This document shows positions 8,735-17,272 of a DNA stretch of 32,142 nucleotides, in pieces. Position 1 is the stretch's first letter. Every line of letters starts with the position of its first letter. A program made the translations under genes and the position numbers. The notes under the pieces are model-generated. The model had not been told where the DNA came from. It was given only the letters and a program-made list of their open reading frames with translations, and did no database searches. Location of the stretch: contig CAILDB010000006.1 in assembly GCA_903832855.1 (NCBI GenBank), forward strand, positions 1 to 32,142. Reading direction: 5' to 3'. The stretch comes from an uncultured bacterium. GTDB lineage: Bacteria > Patescibacteriota > Minisyncoccia > Phycocordibacterales > GWA1-40-21.

Positions 8735-9190
8735 ATGAAAAATAAAAGATCTCTTTGGCAAAAATTGACAGGCTCATCAAAAGACGATGATGATTTTGAT
8801 GTAGAAAATGAAAAAGATAATGATACAGACGAAACTGAACTTATGGAACAAGACGAGGAAGAAGGTCAGCTTGCGATAGATATGCATCAGACGCCAAGCG
8901 AGATAATCGTCAAAACAATTGTCGCTGGAGTAAGGCCTGAGGATATAGATATTTCTATTGCTCGAGATATGGTCACAGTCAAAGGCAGGAGAGGAGAAAA
9001 TCATGATATTATTGGCGAAGATTATTTTCATAGAGAATTATATTGGGGTGCTTTTTCCAGAACCGTCATCTTGCCTACCGAAATAGATGTGGATGAAGCG
9101 GAAGCAATAAATAAAAACGGGATGCTTATCATCAGACTTCCTAAACTTGATAAAAATAGACAGACGAAATTAAAAATTAAAACAACGTAA
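8735..9190 (+). CDS. Hsp20/alpha-crystallin small heat shock protein
   Basis: ELYWGAFSRTVILP...NGMLIIRLPK. Confidence 0.93.
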   Translation: MKNKRSLWQKLTGSSKDDDDFDVENEKDNDTDETELMEQDEEEGQLAIDMHQTPSEIIVKTIVAGVRPEDIDISIARDMVTVKGRRGENHDIIGEDYFHRELYWGAFSRTVILPTEIDVDEAEAINKNGMLIIRLPKLDKNRQTKLKIKTT

Positions 9191-9199
9191 AATTCTGTC

Positions 9200-9316
9200 A
9201 AAACTCCTTCATAAAATGCTTTTAAACTGCACGGATATTTTTTTGCTAAAAAATTCCTCGTGCTCGCGCCGTCGCGCTCCCAAGTCAGTTTGAAAGCATT
9301 TTATTACGGAGTTTTT
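9200..9316. repeat. Inverted-repeat element with CTCGCGCCGTCGCGCTCC core
   Basis: ~30-nt arms AAAACTCC..ATAAAATGCTTTTAAACTG / CAGTTTGAAAGCATTTTAT..GGAGTTTT; core shared with 14660 and 18694. Confidence 0.7.
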
Positions 9317-9336
9317 TATGTTACACTTTTTGCATT

Positions 9337-9408
9337 GCCCTTGTAGTTCAATGGATAGAACAGGCCCGTCCTAAGGGTCTGATGTCAGTTCGATTCTGGC
9401 CAAGGGCA
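9337..9408 (+). tRNA. tRNA-Arg(CCT)
   Basis: Acceptor GCCCTTG/CAAGGGC, anticodon arm GGCCC-GTCCTAA-GGGTC, T loop TTCGATT. Confidence 0.9.
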
Positions 9409-9502
9409 CACCACTCACAAAATTTGACTAAAATTAGGCCCTGTGTTACCATGTCTGAGGAAGTTTGGATACTCTATACAACAACATACACAGGAGCAGA
9501 AA

Positions 9503-9862
9503 ATGAAATTGAGAGAGCTGAAAGCGAAAAATGTTCTCGGATGCGTAGTGGGTTTGTCGCTTGTCGTTTTGTTCGTCTTGATGGGGCTGGCACACATAAA
9601 AACTGATGGACAGATGGAGGTCATCCTTGCGGGGATAGTGACCTTAATTCTTCTCATGGGAACGACTGTGGGCTACATGAGGTCAAACCGGTATACTATG
9701 AGAGAAATGTGGCGAGTGAAATCTTTGTATTATTTTCACATTTCATTTGTGGAACAGAAACTTCTGCAAATGTCTGTCATCATGTCAGTCTCTGGGATTA
9801 TCCTCGTAGCCATTAAAAAGGCACCGAAAGTTTGGATGCTGATTATGGCACATTTGAACTGA
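9503..9862 (+). CDS. Hypothetical membrane protein
   Basis: SD AGGAG before ATG 9503; promoter TTGACT-17-TACCAT (9424-9452); about three TM segments. Confidence 0.7.
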   Translation: MKLRELKAKNVLGCVVGLSLVVLFVLMGLAHIKTDGQMEVILAGIVTLILLMGTTVGYMRSNRYTMREMWRVKSLYYFHISFVEQKLLQMSVIMSVSGIILVAIKKAPKVWMLIMAHLN

Positions 9863-9880
9863 TTGCCTATAAATGTCTTC

Positions 9881-9912
9881 GGCCTCGTCGCGAATCGCGA
9901 CGAGGTCTTTTT
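9881..9912 (+). terminator. Intrinsic terminator
   Basis: GGCCTCGTCGCGA-A-TCGCGACGAGGTC-TTTTT. Confidence 0.8.
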
Positions 9913-9942
9913 TATTTATTTTTGTGATATAATATTTACAAT

Positions 9943-10164
9943 ATGGAAAATGAAAAATTGTTAAATCAAATACTAGAAAAAGTTGAAGAAAACCACAGAA
10001 TCCTCGTGAAAATGAGACGGGCTTCTTTTTGGGGAAATGTTTTTAGAATTTTTTATTGGGCAATAATAATACTTTCAGCTATCGGTGCATACTGGCTGAT
10101 ACAGCCATACATAGACACTTTAAAATCAGTTTATAGCGGAATATCAGGTGGCTTATTTAAATAG
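9943..10164 (+). CDS. Small single-TM hypothetical protein
   Basis: 73 aa; TGATATAAT 9 nt upstream of ATG. Confidence 0.75.
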   Translation: MENEKLLNQILEKVEENHRILVKMRRASFWGNVFRIFYWAIIILSAIGAYWLIQPYIDTLKSVYSGISGGLFK

Positions 10165-10248
10165 TTTGAAAAATCTCATCAGATAATCACCGAAGTTATC
10201 CACTTATATTTTATTGCATATATGAACCCACGATGCTATACTCTATGT

Positions 10249-10962
10249 ATGTCATTAAAAGAACGAACCATCTCCTTAAGAAAAACTGGTCTCAGCTATA
10301 ACGAAATAAATAAAATCCTGAATGTACCAAAATCAACACTCTCTGGTTGGTTAAAAAATATCAATCTTTCAAAAAAGGCTAAAAGTAGATTGACAAACCG
10401 AGTAAGAATGGGTTTATTCAATGGGTTAATAAAAAGAAATATAGCACAAACTGCAATAGCACAAAAAAGAGTCACAAAAATTCGAATTGAATCATCAAAA
10501 GAGATCGGTAAGTTTTCCGAGAGAGATTTATTTGTTGCTGGTATTGTCCTATATTGGGCTGAAGGGTACAAACGTGTAATAATTAGAGACGGGAGAGAAC
10601 GAACATGTCATCCAATTTCTTTAACTAATTCTGATCCGTTTGTAATTAATAGTTTTATATTTTTTCTACTCAAAATAATGAAAATTCCTAAAGATAAAAT
10701 TAGGATGGAGCTAAGATTGTTCCCAACAATGAACGCTCAAAAAATGATAGGACATTGGAGTAGAGTTACTAAGATTCCAGCTTCGCAATTTGATAAACCT
10801 ATGTTTGTGATAAGTAAATCAAGCCAAGGTATTCGCCCTTTTAACCGCTTACCACACGGTATTGCTCAGGTCAGAGTTCTAAACACAAACGAATTTTATA
10901 GACTACTGGGTTGGATTGAAGGCGTTAAAAAATCACTTGATATTTTAATTAAAAAAAGATAG
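10249..10962 (+). CDS. HTH plus LAGLIDADG-like endonuclease-domain protein
   Basis: N-terminal HTH (GLSYNEI..LNVPKSTLSGWL); AGIVLYWAEG as degenerate LAGLIDADG helix, followed by LTNSDP; very basic. Confidence 0.6.
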   Translation: MSLKERTISLRKTGLSYNEINKILNVPKSTLSGWLKNINLSKKAKSRLTNRVRMGLFNGLIKRNIAQTAIAQKRVTKIRIESSKEIGKFSERDLFVAGIVLYWAEGYKRVIIRDGRERTCHPISLTNSDPFVINSFIFFLLKIMKIPKDKIRMELRLFPTMNAQKMIGHWSRVTKIPASQFDKPMFVISKSSQGIRPFNRLPHGIAQVRVLNTNEFYRLLGWIEGVKKSLDILIKKR

Positions 10963-10991
10963 AATAATCAGGTCAGTAAAATAGAGAATAT

Positions 10992-11296
10992 GCCGAGGTA
11001 GCTCAGTTGGTAGAGCATTTGCCTGAAAATTCGGGCCTTTATTCAGAAATGAATATCGAAAATTGGGTGAATTCGGGGAAGGCCTTCAATTAAATATTGA
11101 TTGATAATCCCGAGCCGAGCTAGGAAGGGTTTAAGTTTCCTAGAAGGTGTAGAGACTAACAGGTGAGTCCCAACAATAATCCTGTAATAGCGCCCGATAC
11201 CCTTAGGGGTAATGAGATAGTCCAAATTTATCTAATGCCAGACATTTGATAAACAGGAAGAGCAAGTGGTCGGCGGTTCGAGCCCGCCCCTCGGCA
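10992..11296 (+). tRNA. tRNA-Phe(GAA), intron-containing (exons 10992-11024 and 11257-11296)
   Basis: Joined exons give a 73-nt cloverleaf with anticodon arm TTTGC-CTGAAGA-GCAAG. Confidence 0.92.
11025..11256 (+). ncRNA. Group I intron (IC3-like), 232 nt
   Basis: P1 GCCUGAA/UUCGGGC with U.G at the splice site; P AATTCGGGGAA, Q AATCCCGAGCC, R GTAGAGACTA, S GAGATAGTCC; P3 TTGGGTG/CGCCCGA; terminal G. Confidence 0.93.
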
Positions 11297-11485
11297 CAAA
11301 AATAAAATCTGTGAGAAATTTTTTCTCACAGATTTTATTTTTGTGCCGAGGAGGAGTGAACTGCTTCACTCCGTGGCAGGCTCGAACAGCGGAACTATGT
11401 TTTTCTAGCAAGAAAAACAAGTGAGCTGGTGCCTAGACTTTTCCGAGCGACGGCGAGGAAAAAGTCGAAGGAGAGACCCCGCCCC
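11289..11485 (+). repeat. tRNA-3'-attached structured repeat element
   Basis: Long hairpin including an inverted copy of the tRNA end, then shared modules (TTTTTCTAGCAAGAAAAA, GAGCTGGTGCCTAG, GAGCGACGGCGAG). Confidence 0.7.
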
Positions 11486-11493
11486 TTTACTTT

Positions 11494-11727
11494 CTATATC
11501 CCCATCATCCCCCTTATCTTCTCTTCATCAAATCCTACTACCATTTCATCTCCAATGTAGATAACCGGAACACCCATTTGCCCGCTCCTTTCTATCATTT
11601 CTTTTCTCTTTTCCAAATCAGCTGATACATTATAGACCTCATATTTTATTTTATTTGCATCAAAAAAATCCTTTGCTAAATTACAGAAGTGACAAGTCGG
11701 CGTCGAATACATTATTACTTTTTTCAT
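11494..11727 (-). CDS. Glutaredoxin-like protein (NrdH/YruB type)
   Basis: YSTPTCHFC, SGQMGVPVI, VGFD; start ATG 11727. Confidence 0.92.
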   Translation of the reverse strand: MKKVIMYSTPTCHFCNLAKDFFDANKIKYEVYNVSADLEKRKEMIERSGQMGVPVIYIGDEMVVGFDEEKIRGMMGI

Positions 11728-11853
11728 ATTTATATTGTAGCACAAAAAAGAAAAATAAAAAAAGACCCTGTAGCAAAGTGGTTTAAAGTGTCCCTGTCCG
11801 GACTTGGGACACTTTAGGCCACTTTGTGGAGGGGTTTTTATTTTTCTTTTTTG

Positions 11854-11924
11854 TGCGGGTGGCGGTAATCGAAACCGCGTATCAACCTTGGGAAGGTCGC
11901 ATTCTGCCACTAAATTACACCCGC
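11854..11924 (-). tRNA. tRNA-Gly(CCC)
   Basis: GCGGGTG acceptor, CGACC-TTCCCAA-GGTTG anticodon arm. Confidence 0.93.
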
Positions 11925-11925
11925 A

Positions 11926-12300
11926 TTATTGAAACCAACCTAAAATCTTGCTCCAAAAACCACCGCCGGAAACATTTTGACCATTTGTGCTCGAATTCTT
12001 CTCATCCACAATCACAATATCAACTTCCCCATTTTTAGCAACATTATATTTGCTTCTTATTTCTGCCTCAATCCCCTCCTGCGTTTTCAATTTATTTATA
12101 CTTTCTGTCAAAACATTTTTTCTATCGGCCAAACTTTGATATTCTTTTTTCACCTCTCCAAGATTATTTACACTACCTCTCGCTTTGATAAAAATTCCTA
12201 TCGCACCCTTTGCAAGAAAAATTAAAACAATAAGCAATATCACCAAAGTCACCTTCGAATACAAAACATTTCTAACTTTTCTTTTCTGTTGAAAATCCAT
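11926..12300 (-). CDS. Septum formation initiator FtsB/DivIC-like protein
   Basis: TM helix, coiled coil, IEAEIRSKYNVAKNGE motif. Confidence 0.8.
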   Translation of the reverse strand: MDFQQKRKVRNVLYSKVTLVILLIVLIFLAKGAIGIFIKARGSVNNLGEVKKEYQSLADRKNVLTESINKLKTQEGIEAEIRSKYNVAKNGEVDIVIVDEKNSSTNGQNVSGGGFWSKILGWFQ

Positions 12301-12347
12301 AAATTAAATGCTAGTATTATTCTAACAAAAACATTAACAAATTCACA

Positions 12348-12452
12348 ATGCTTTTTGATAAAAGAACCAAAAAAATAGTGAAAAGAGCTTGGATTGTCGT
12401 CGGGGCCTTACTTATCTTGGGTATGATTGCTCTCTACGCACCTCTTTTCTAG
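12348..12452 (+). CDS. 34-aa single-TM small protein
   Basis: MLFDKRTKKIVKRAWIVVGALLILGMIALYAPLF*; fills the ftsB-lepA gap. Confidence 0.6.
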   Translation: MLFDKRTKKIVKRAWIVVGALLILGMIALYAPLF

Positions 12453-12453
12453 C

Positions 12454-14244
12454 CTAATCGCTCTTTACCATCTTCAAGAACACATCCTGAGGAATATTTA
12501 CTCTGCCCGTTGCCTTCATCCTTTTCTTACCTTTTTTCTGCTTTTCTCGGAGCTTCATCTTTCTGGTAATATCTCCACCATACAAATAATCCGTAACATC
12601 TTTTTGCATTGCGGACATTGACCTTGAGGCTAAAATTCTCCCCATTGCAAACCCTTGAATCTTGAAACTAAACATTTGTCTTGGCAAAACAGAGTGAAGC
12701 TTTTTCACCAGCTCATCAGCTTCTTCCTGAGCCCTTCTCCTAGAAACAACTCTAGAAAATGCTTGCACAGGTTCGTCCGCTACAAGAATATCAAGTCGCA
12801 CGACATCCGCCTCTTTCAAATCCATAATCTTGTAAGAAATGGAAGCATATCCAGAAGTAATACTTTTTAATTCATTAAAAAAGTTTCTCATAAGTTCGCG
12901 AAGTGGCATATTAATTGTAAGAGAAGTTCTGTTATCGCCAAATGTTTCTGTGGTTTCTATTGAGCCCTCGTGATCAAAAAGCTTCTGGATAATATCTCCG
13001 ATGTATTGACTTGGCGTGATAATTTTTACCAAAACCCAAGGTTCGTAAACTTTTGTAATCTGGTGATCATCAGGAAAAAGTGACGGCGAATAAATCATTT
13101 CTGTTTTTCCGTTTTTGTATTCAATTTTATAGGTAATACTCGGCAGGGTGACGACAAGATGTAAATTAAATTCTCTCCTAAGTCGCTCCACAATAATTTC
13201 CAAGTGAAGCATTCCCAGAAATCCGCAACGAAATCCTCGTCCAAGTGTTCCGGAAGATTCTTCTTCATATGCAAAAGACGAATCAGAAAGTCGAAGTCGT
13301 CCGAGGGCCTGTTTTAATTCGTCAAAATCATCTTGACCTTCAGGATAAACAGAAGCCCAAACCACAGGACTTGGTGTGAGATACCCAGGAAGTGCTGGCG
13401 TAGGATCTTTTGCAAAAGAAACAGTATCTCCGACAGATGCAATACCTGGCTGTTTGATACCCGTCACAATGTAGCCAATCTCACCACTCGAAAGTGATTC
13501 CATCGGAACATCGGATGGAGAAAAAATTCCAACTTCAACTGCATTGAAAGTTTCGCCAGCAACTTTGAAAATGAGCGGAGTATTTTTACGAACCTCGCCA
13601 TTAAAAACTCTGACGTAAACAATAACCCCGCGATGATTTGAATATTGAAAATCAAAAACAAGTGAGCGAAAAATTTTCGTATCCAGAAGTTCTGAAGTTG
13701 GTGGAGGAACTCTTTTGATAACTTCATTTAAAAGATTTTCCACACCTTCGCCTGTCTTTCCAGACACTTCCAAAATCTCGCTTTCATCAATTTCCAAAAG
13801 CTTTGCAATCTCTTTTTTCACCCCCTCAACCATGGCCAAAGGAGAATCGATCTTACTCACAACGGGGATGATTTTTAGGCCCTGATCTTTCGCCATATTT
13901 AGTGTAGTTAATGTTTGAGCTTGGACACCCTGAGTCGCATCCACGAGCAAAATTGAGCCTTCCACGGCCTTTAGAGCCCTAGAAACCTCGTAGGAGAAGT
14001 CAATATGCCCTGGTGTATCAATGAGGTTTAAAATGTACTCCTGACCATCGTGAGACCATTTCATACGCACCGGTTGCATCTTTATCGTGATCCCCCTTTC
14101 CCTCTCCAAATCCATACTATCCAAAACCTGTTCACACATTTTGCGCTTTTCAATTGTGTGAGTTATTTCAAGCATCCTATCAGCAAGTGTGGATTTGCCG
14201 TGATCTATATGAGCGATTATGCTAAAGTTTCTGATATTCTTCAT
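12454..14244 (-). CDS. lepA: Elongation factor 4 (LepA)
   Basis: [45 protein letters not shown]. Confidence 0.98.
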   Translation of the reverse strand: MKNIRNFSIIAHIDHGKSTLADRMLEITHTIEKRKMCEQVLDSMDLERERGITIKMQPVRMKWSHDGQEYILNLIDTPGHIDFSYEVSRALKAVEGSILLVDATQGVQAQTLTTLNMAKDQGLKIIPVVSKIDSPLAMVEGVKKEIAKLLEIDESEILEVSGKTGEGVENLLNEVIKRVPPPTSELLDTKIFRSLVFDFQYSNHRGVIVYVRVFNGEVRKNTPLIFKVAGETFNAVEVGIFSPSDVPMESLSSGEIGYIVTGIKQPGIASVGDTVSFAKDPTPALPGYLTPSPVVWASVYPEGQDDFDELKQALGRLRLSDSSFAYEEESSGTLGRGFRCGFLGMLHLEIIVERLRREFNLHLVVTLPSITYKIEYKNGKTEMIYSPSLFPDDHQITKVYEPWVLVKIITPSQYIGDIIQKLFDHEGSIETTETFGDNRTSLTINMPLRELMRNFFNELKSITSGYASISYKIMDLKEADVVRLDILVADEPVQAFSRVVSRRRAQEEADELVKKLHSVLPRQMFSFKIQGFAMGRILASRSMSAMQKDVTDYLYGGDITRKMKLREKQKKGKKRMKATGRVNIPQDVFLKMVKSD

Positions 14245-14251
14245 GATAAAT

Positions 14252-14359
14252 TTAACTAACTTTTTCAAATGTTACCACTTCTCGCCCCGTAGTAAGAAAT
14301 TCTGATTTCTTTACTACTGGGGTGTGGGCGATAATACTAAAATTCCTGATATTTTTCAT
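14252..14359 (-). pseudogene. Duplicated lepA 5' fragment / uORF (MKNIRNFSIIAH plus 23 unrelated aa)
   Basis: First 12 codons encode the same peptide as the lepA start with synonymous differences. Confidence 0.85.
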
Positions 14360-14376
14360 TTTGACTCATCATACCA

Positions 14377-14513
14377 CCCCGTAGTGAAATTTGCCATTGG
14401 TTTTTTAAAAAACCATAAAATAGGAATAAGAGATGGAATATTTGAAATGAAAATTTAGAAAAGTTGTATATAAAAAATTGTCTAGTTTTTTAATGGCAAA
14501 TTCTACTACGGGG
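14377..14513. mobile_element. MITE-like element, 137 bp
   Basis: Terminal IRs CCCCGTAGTGAAATTTGCCATT / AATGGCAAATTCTACTACGGGG flanked by direct repeat TACCA. Confidence 0.8.
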
Positions 14514-14609
14514 TACCAGAAATTCTAAAAAAACCCAGCAGAAAAAATAGGGACCGAAAATTTTGTTAGGGGTGGCGATCCTGTTACTTTTGAAATGTCT
14601 TGATCTTTT

Positions 14610-14800
14610 TGTCATTCCCGTGAAGATGTGAGCTTGGGTTGGGACCCAAGCGCAAGATCGGAGCGCGACGGCGCGAGATGGGCCCTGCAGGCTTTTCAGC
14701 AGAAAAGCACTGTGGGGAATCCATCCCCTCTGTCTTTGCGAGTGAAACGAAGCAATCCAAAGAATCAGAACTGGATCCCCGCATACGCGAGGATAACAGA
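14610..14800. repeat. Cluster of nested palindromic repeats
   Basis: GTCATTCCC..GGGAATCCA, GTCTTTGCGAG..CGAAGCAATCCA, TGGATCCCCGC..GCGAGGATAAC and GAGCGCGACGGCGCGAG modules. Confidence 0.8.
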
Positions 14801-14853
14801 AAAAACAGATTGCGAAGCGCTTTAGTGAAAAGAGGGTCCTACTTTTTTTATTT

Positions 14854-15711
14854 TTATTTTTTCGGTGTTTCCAAGGATTTCAGTCTAGTTAAAATCGACA
14901 TAAAAACAGTATCGTTCCTAACATCCGCCAAATCAATTGGAGTGAAATGTCGGTCAGCAATTATTTTCTCAATTAAAGTCAATGTCTTTTGATAAATTTC
15001 AGCCAATTTTGATTGATTAACCTCGGTCGCAAAATCTCTAAATTTTTCCAATTGCACTTTTATTTCTTCTAAAACAATTGCTCTTAAAATATGTTCCTTT
15101 AATTCTGCATTTTTATTTCCTACCCATTTATCAACTGCATCCAAAATAGTTTCCTTGTTTGCACCAACAATTACTCGTGGGACATTACTTACACTTCCTT
15201 TGAAATGAAGATGCTCAGAAATGAAATATTTTATATTTGTTAAATGACCATTCTTTATATCATTAATAATCTCATCAAATTTCTTTTGAGAATTCATCGT
15301 AGTGGTAATATCCACAGCCAAAGCCAAATGAGAAGAACTCATCGGCCCAGTTTTTATTTCTGCGATAGCGTCCACTTTATTTTTAATATCGTCATACTCG
15401 GATGTTTTTTTAATTTCCGTCCCGTGCCCAAACCATTCATTTGTTCCAATCTGTTCTATTATCAATGCTTCAAAGACCTTTGCTAAGACCCTCAGAAATC
15501 TTTGCTCGTGATCGTCATTTTCCATATCCTCCTTAAACTTCGCCTTCATCCTTTGAACATATTCAATATCGGCAGGAGTATCTGCATAATTAAATTTATT
15601 CATATCAATTTTTTCTCTTTCAAATACCGGTATGGCCTTATCAGCCCACTCTGCCATCCGCACCTCATTATCTATCTGTGCTATTGCAGGACTTTCCTTC
15701 ATATTTATCAT
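14854..15711 (-). CDS. Hypothetical protein
   Basis: 285-aa ORF with genome-typical composition; no family recognised with confidence. Confidence 0.8.
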   Translation of the reverse strand: MINMKESPAIAQIDNEVRMAEWADKAIPVFEREKIDMNKFNYADTPADIEYVQRMKAKFKEDMENDDHEQRFLRVLAKVFEALIIEQIGTNEWFGHGTEIKKTSEYDDIKNKVDAIAEIKTGPMSSSHLALAVDITTTMNSQKKFDEIINDIKNGHLTNIKYFISEHLHFKGSVSNVPRVIVGANKETILDAVDKWVGNKNAELKEHILRAIVLEEIKVQLEKFRDFATEVNQSKLAEIYQKTLTLIEKIIADRHFTPIDLADVRNDTVFMSILTRLKSLETPKK

Positions 15712-15749
15712 AATAATTGTATTATCTCACTAATCAAAATTAAAACAAG

Positions 15750-15786
15750 ATAACGGCCCCGAAAATCGGATTTTCGGGGCCGTTAT
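15750..15786. repeat. Perfect 18-bp-arm palindrome (terminator-like)
   Basis: ATAACGGCCCCGAAAATC-G-GATTTTCGGGGCCGTTAT. Confidence 0.75.
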
Positions 15787-15802
15787 TTTCTAATTTTTTT
15801 AC

Positions 15803-15844
15803 AAAAAAAAGGGGCTGGAATTTGCATCGTGCAAACCCAGCCCC
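15803..15844 (-). terminator. Intrinsic terminator of the 17272-15876 operon
   Basis: GGGGCTGG..CCAGCCCC then T8 on the minus strand. Confidence 0.75.
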
Positions 15845-15875
15845 AGCTACTCAACCGTCAGCAAGCAATGAACCC

Positions 15876-16958
15876 TTATCCTCCATGACTCGGTAAACCA
15901 TAATACCGATGGAAGGCAACCCACGGCCCCGATACGTTATTCGACGGTTTCGGGACAATCGTCACGACGACTTTCCCGACGTTTTGACTAAACGTATGAA
16001 CTCTGGTCTGTGACCAGTATTGCCCGGAAGTACTATCGTCCTTCAACGGTAGCAACGGCATATCGCCATCGCTACTCGTAGCTGACTGAACGTAAACATC
16101 GTACTCGCCGTTCAACACGATTTCCAGAGCGCCCGGTCCAACATCGGCAAATATTACCTTGCCCAAAACATTAGAACCGCCGTTCATTGGAACCGAACAG
16201 TCAAAACTGATCGAAGGTACCGAAGCCCAACACTCGACGCCATCAGGTTGTGTAAATTCCACTCCCTGAACATTGCCGATGTATGAAAATCCCACATAGG
16301 CATTGTCTGGCGTGACCACACTGTGGAAAGGCTCCAGCCATCCCTCGCCAATCACCATTCCATCACTCCGACGCCGGAGGATATAGTGGTAACTTCCACC
16401 GACGGGCGACATATAGACGTAAAACTTTCCATCAGTTACGCCCCAGCCGTATCCCTGATTGTATCCCTCGATCGTGAGATCGAGATCGTTTCCATACTGG
16501 GATACATCAATCGGGATTTCCTGCCTAATTTCAGCCGGACTAATCACGACCTTGAGGCTATCGCCTTTCGAAACGCTTTGTAGATAGAGATAACCGCTAC
16601 CGGCATACTCCCCACCCTTGGTCATCGCGTTCATGTTCAGCCAAACATTACGCATCAGGCCCGCATCGCCCATCGGAATTCCGTAAATCGGTTCCGGTAA
16701 TGCGATTTGGTTTCCATTGATTGCGAGGTTCGTGATGGCGAAATCGCCACGCATGGTAAACGACATGTTCATCATTTGCCACGAATTGCTCACCAGCATC
16801 TCTCCAGCCATTTGGCATTGGAAACTCGCCGGCGTCTTCAAGGCGAAAGCCCTGGCGACGTTAAGCGGGTTAATGTTGGTATCGGTCTGCGCCTGCACCG
16901 GAGTGCAGAGGCCGACGATGATTGCGAACAGAACTGCGAACATGATTGTCTTTTTCAT
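15876..16958 (-). CDS. Secreted beta-rich hypothetical protein
   Basis: Signal peptide MKKTIMFAVLFAIIVGLCTPVQA; SD AAGGT; GC-richer than flanks. Confidence 0.8.
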   Translation of the reverse strand: MKKTIMFAVLFAIIVGLCTPVQAQTDTNINPLNVARAFALKTPASFQCQMAGEMLVSNSWQMMNMSFTMRGDFAITNLAINGNQIALPEPIYGIPMGDAGLMRNVWLNMNAMTKGGEYAGSGYLYLQSVSKGDSLKVVISPAEIRQEIPIDVSQYGNDLDLTIEGYNQGYGWGVTDGKFYVYMSPVGGSYHYILRRRSDGMVIGEGWLEPFHSVVTPDNAYVGFSYIGNVQGVEFTQPDGVECWASVPSISFDCSVPMNGGSNVLGKVIFADVGPGALEIVLNGEYDVYVQSATSSDGDMPLLPLKDDSTSGQYWSQTRVHTFSQNVGKVVVTIVPKPSNNVSGPWVAFHRYYGLPSHGG

Positions 16959-16990
16959 TTACTTACCTTTCCTACTTTCTTGTTTACTGT

Positions 16991-17272
16991 TTACTTTCTT
17001 TTCGCTGACACACTGAACGAGTTACTCATAGAAAGGCCCAAACGATTCAGGTCCTTCTCCGTGGCAGTCCGCCGATCAACCACCTGGTCAACCGACGCAT
17101 TTGTCTCCACGATTTCCTGCTCCGGCACTCTTGCCGAAACTGGAGGAGCTAGTTTGTGTGAGCGACTCGGCTCACCAAACTCAATGTGTCCGTTATTCGT
17201 CGTGCTGATTATCATCCACGATAGGACAACGGCCACGAAACACACACCAACCACGATCAGTGTCTTTTTCAT
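16991..17272 (-). CDS. Small membrane-anchored hypothetical protein
   Basis: MKKT plus hydrophobic helix; promoter TTGACT-17-TAACAT at 17380..17352. Confidence 0.7.
   Translation of the reverse strand: MKKTLIVVGVCFVAVVLSWMIISTTNNGHIEFGEPSRSHKLAPPVSARVPEQEIVETNASVDQVVDRRTATEKDLNRLGLSMSNSFSVSAKRK

Noticed and set aside
11728-11910. N-terminal extension of glutaredoxin
   Set aside because: Runs through tRNA-Gly and a long hairpin (11773-11827)
14584-14992. Short ORFs over the repeat cluster
   Set aside because: Products of GC-rich palindromes with no expression signals
14854-15711. PD-(D/E)xK nuclease assignment for the 285-aa protein
   Set aside because: Acidic motifs are suggestive only; needs a profile search
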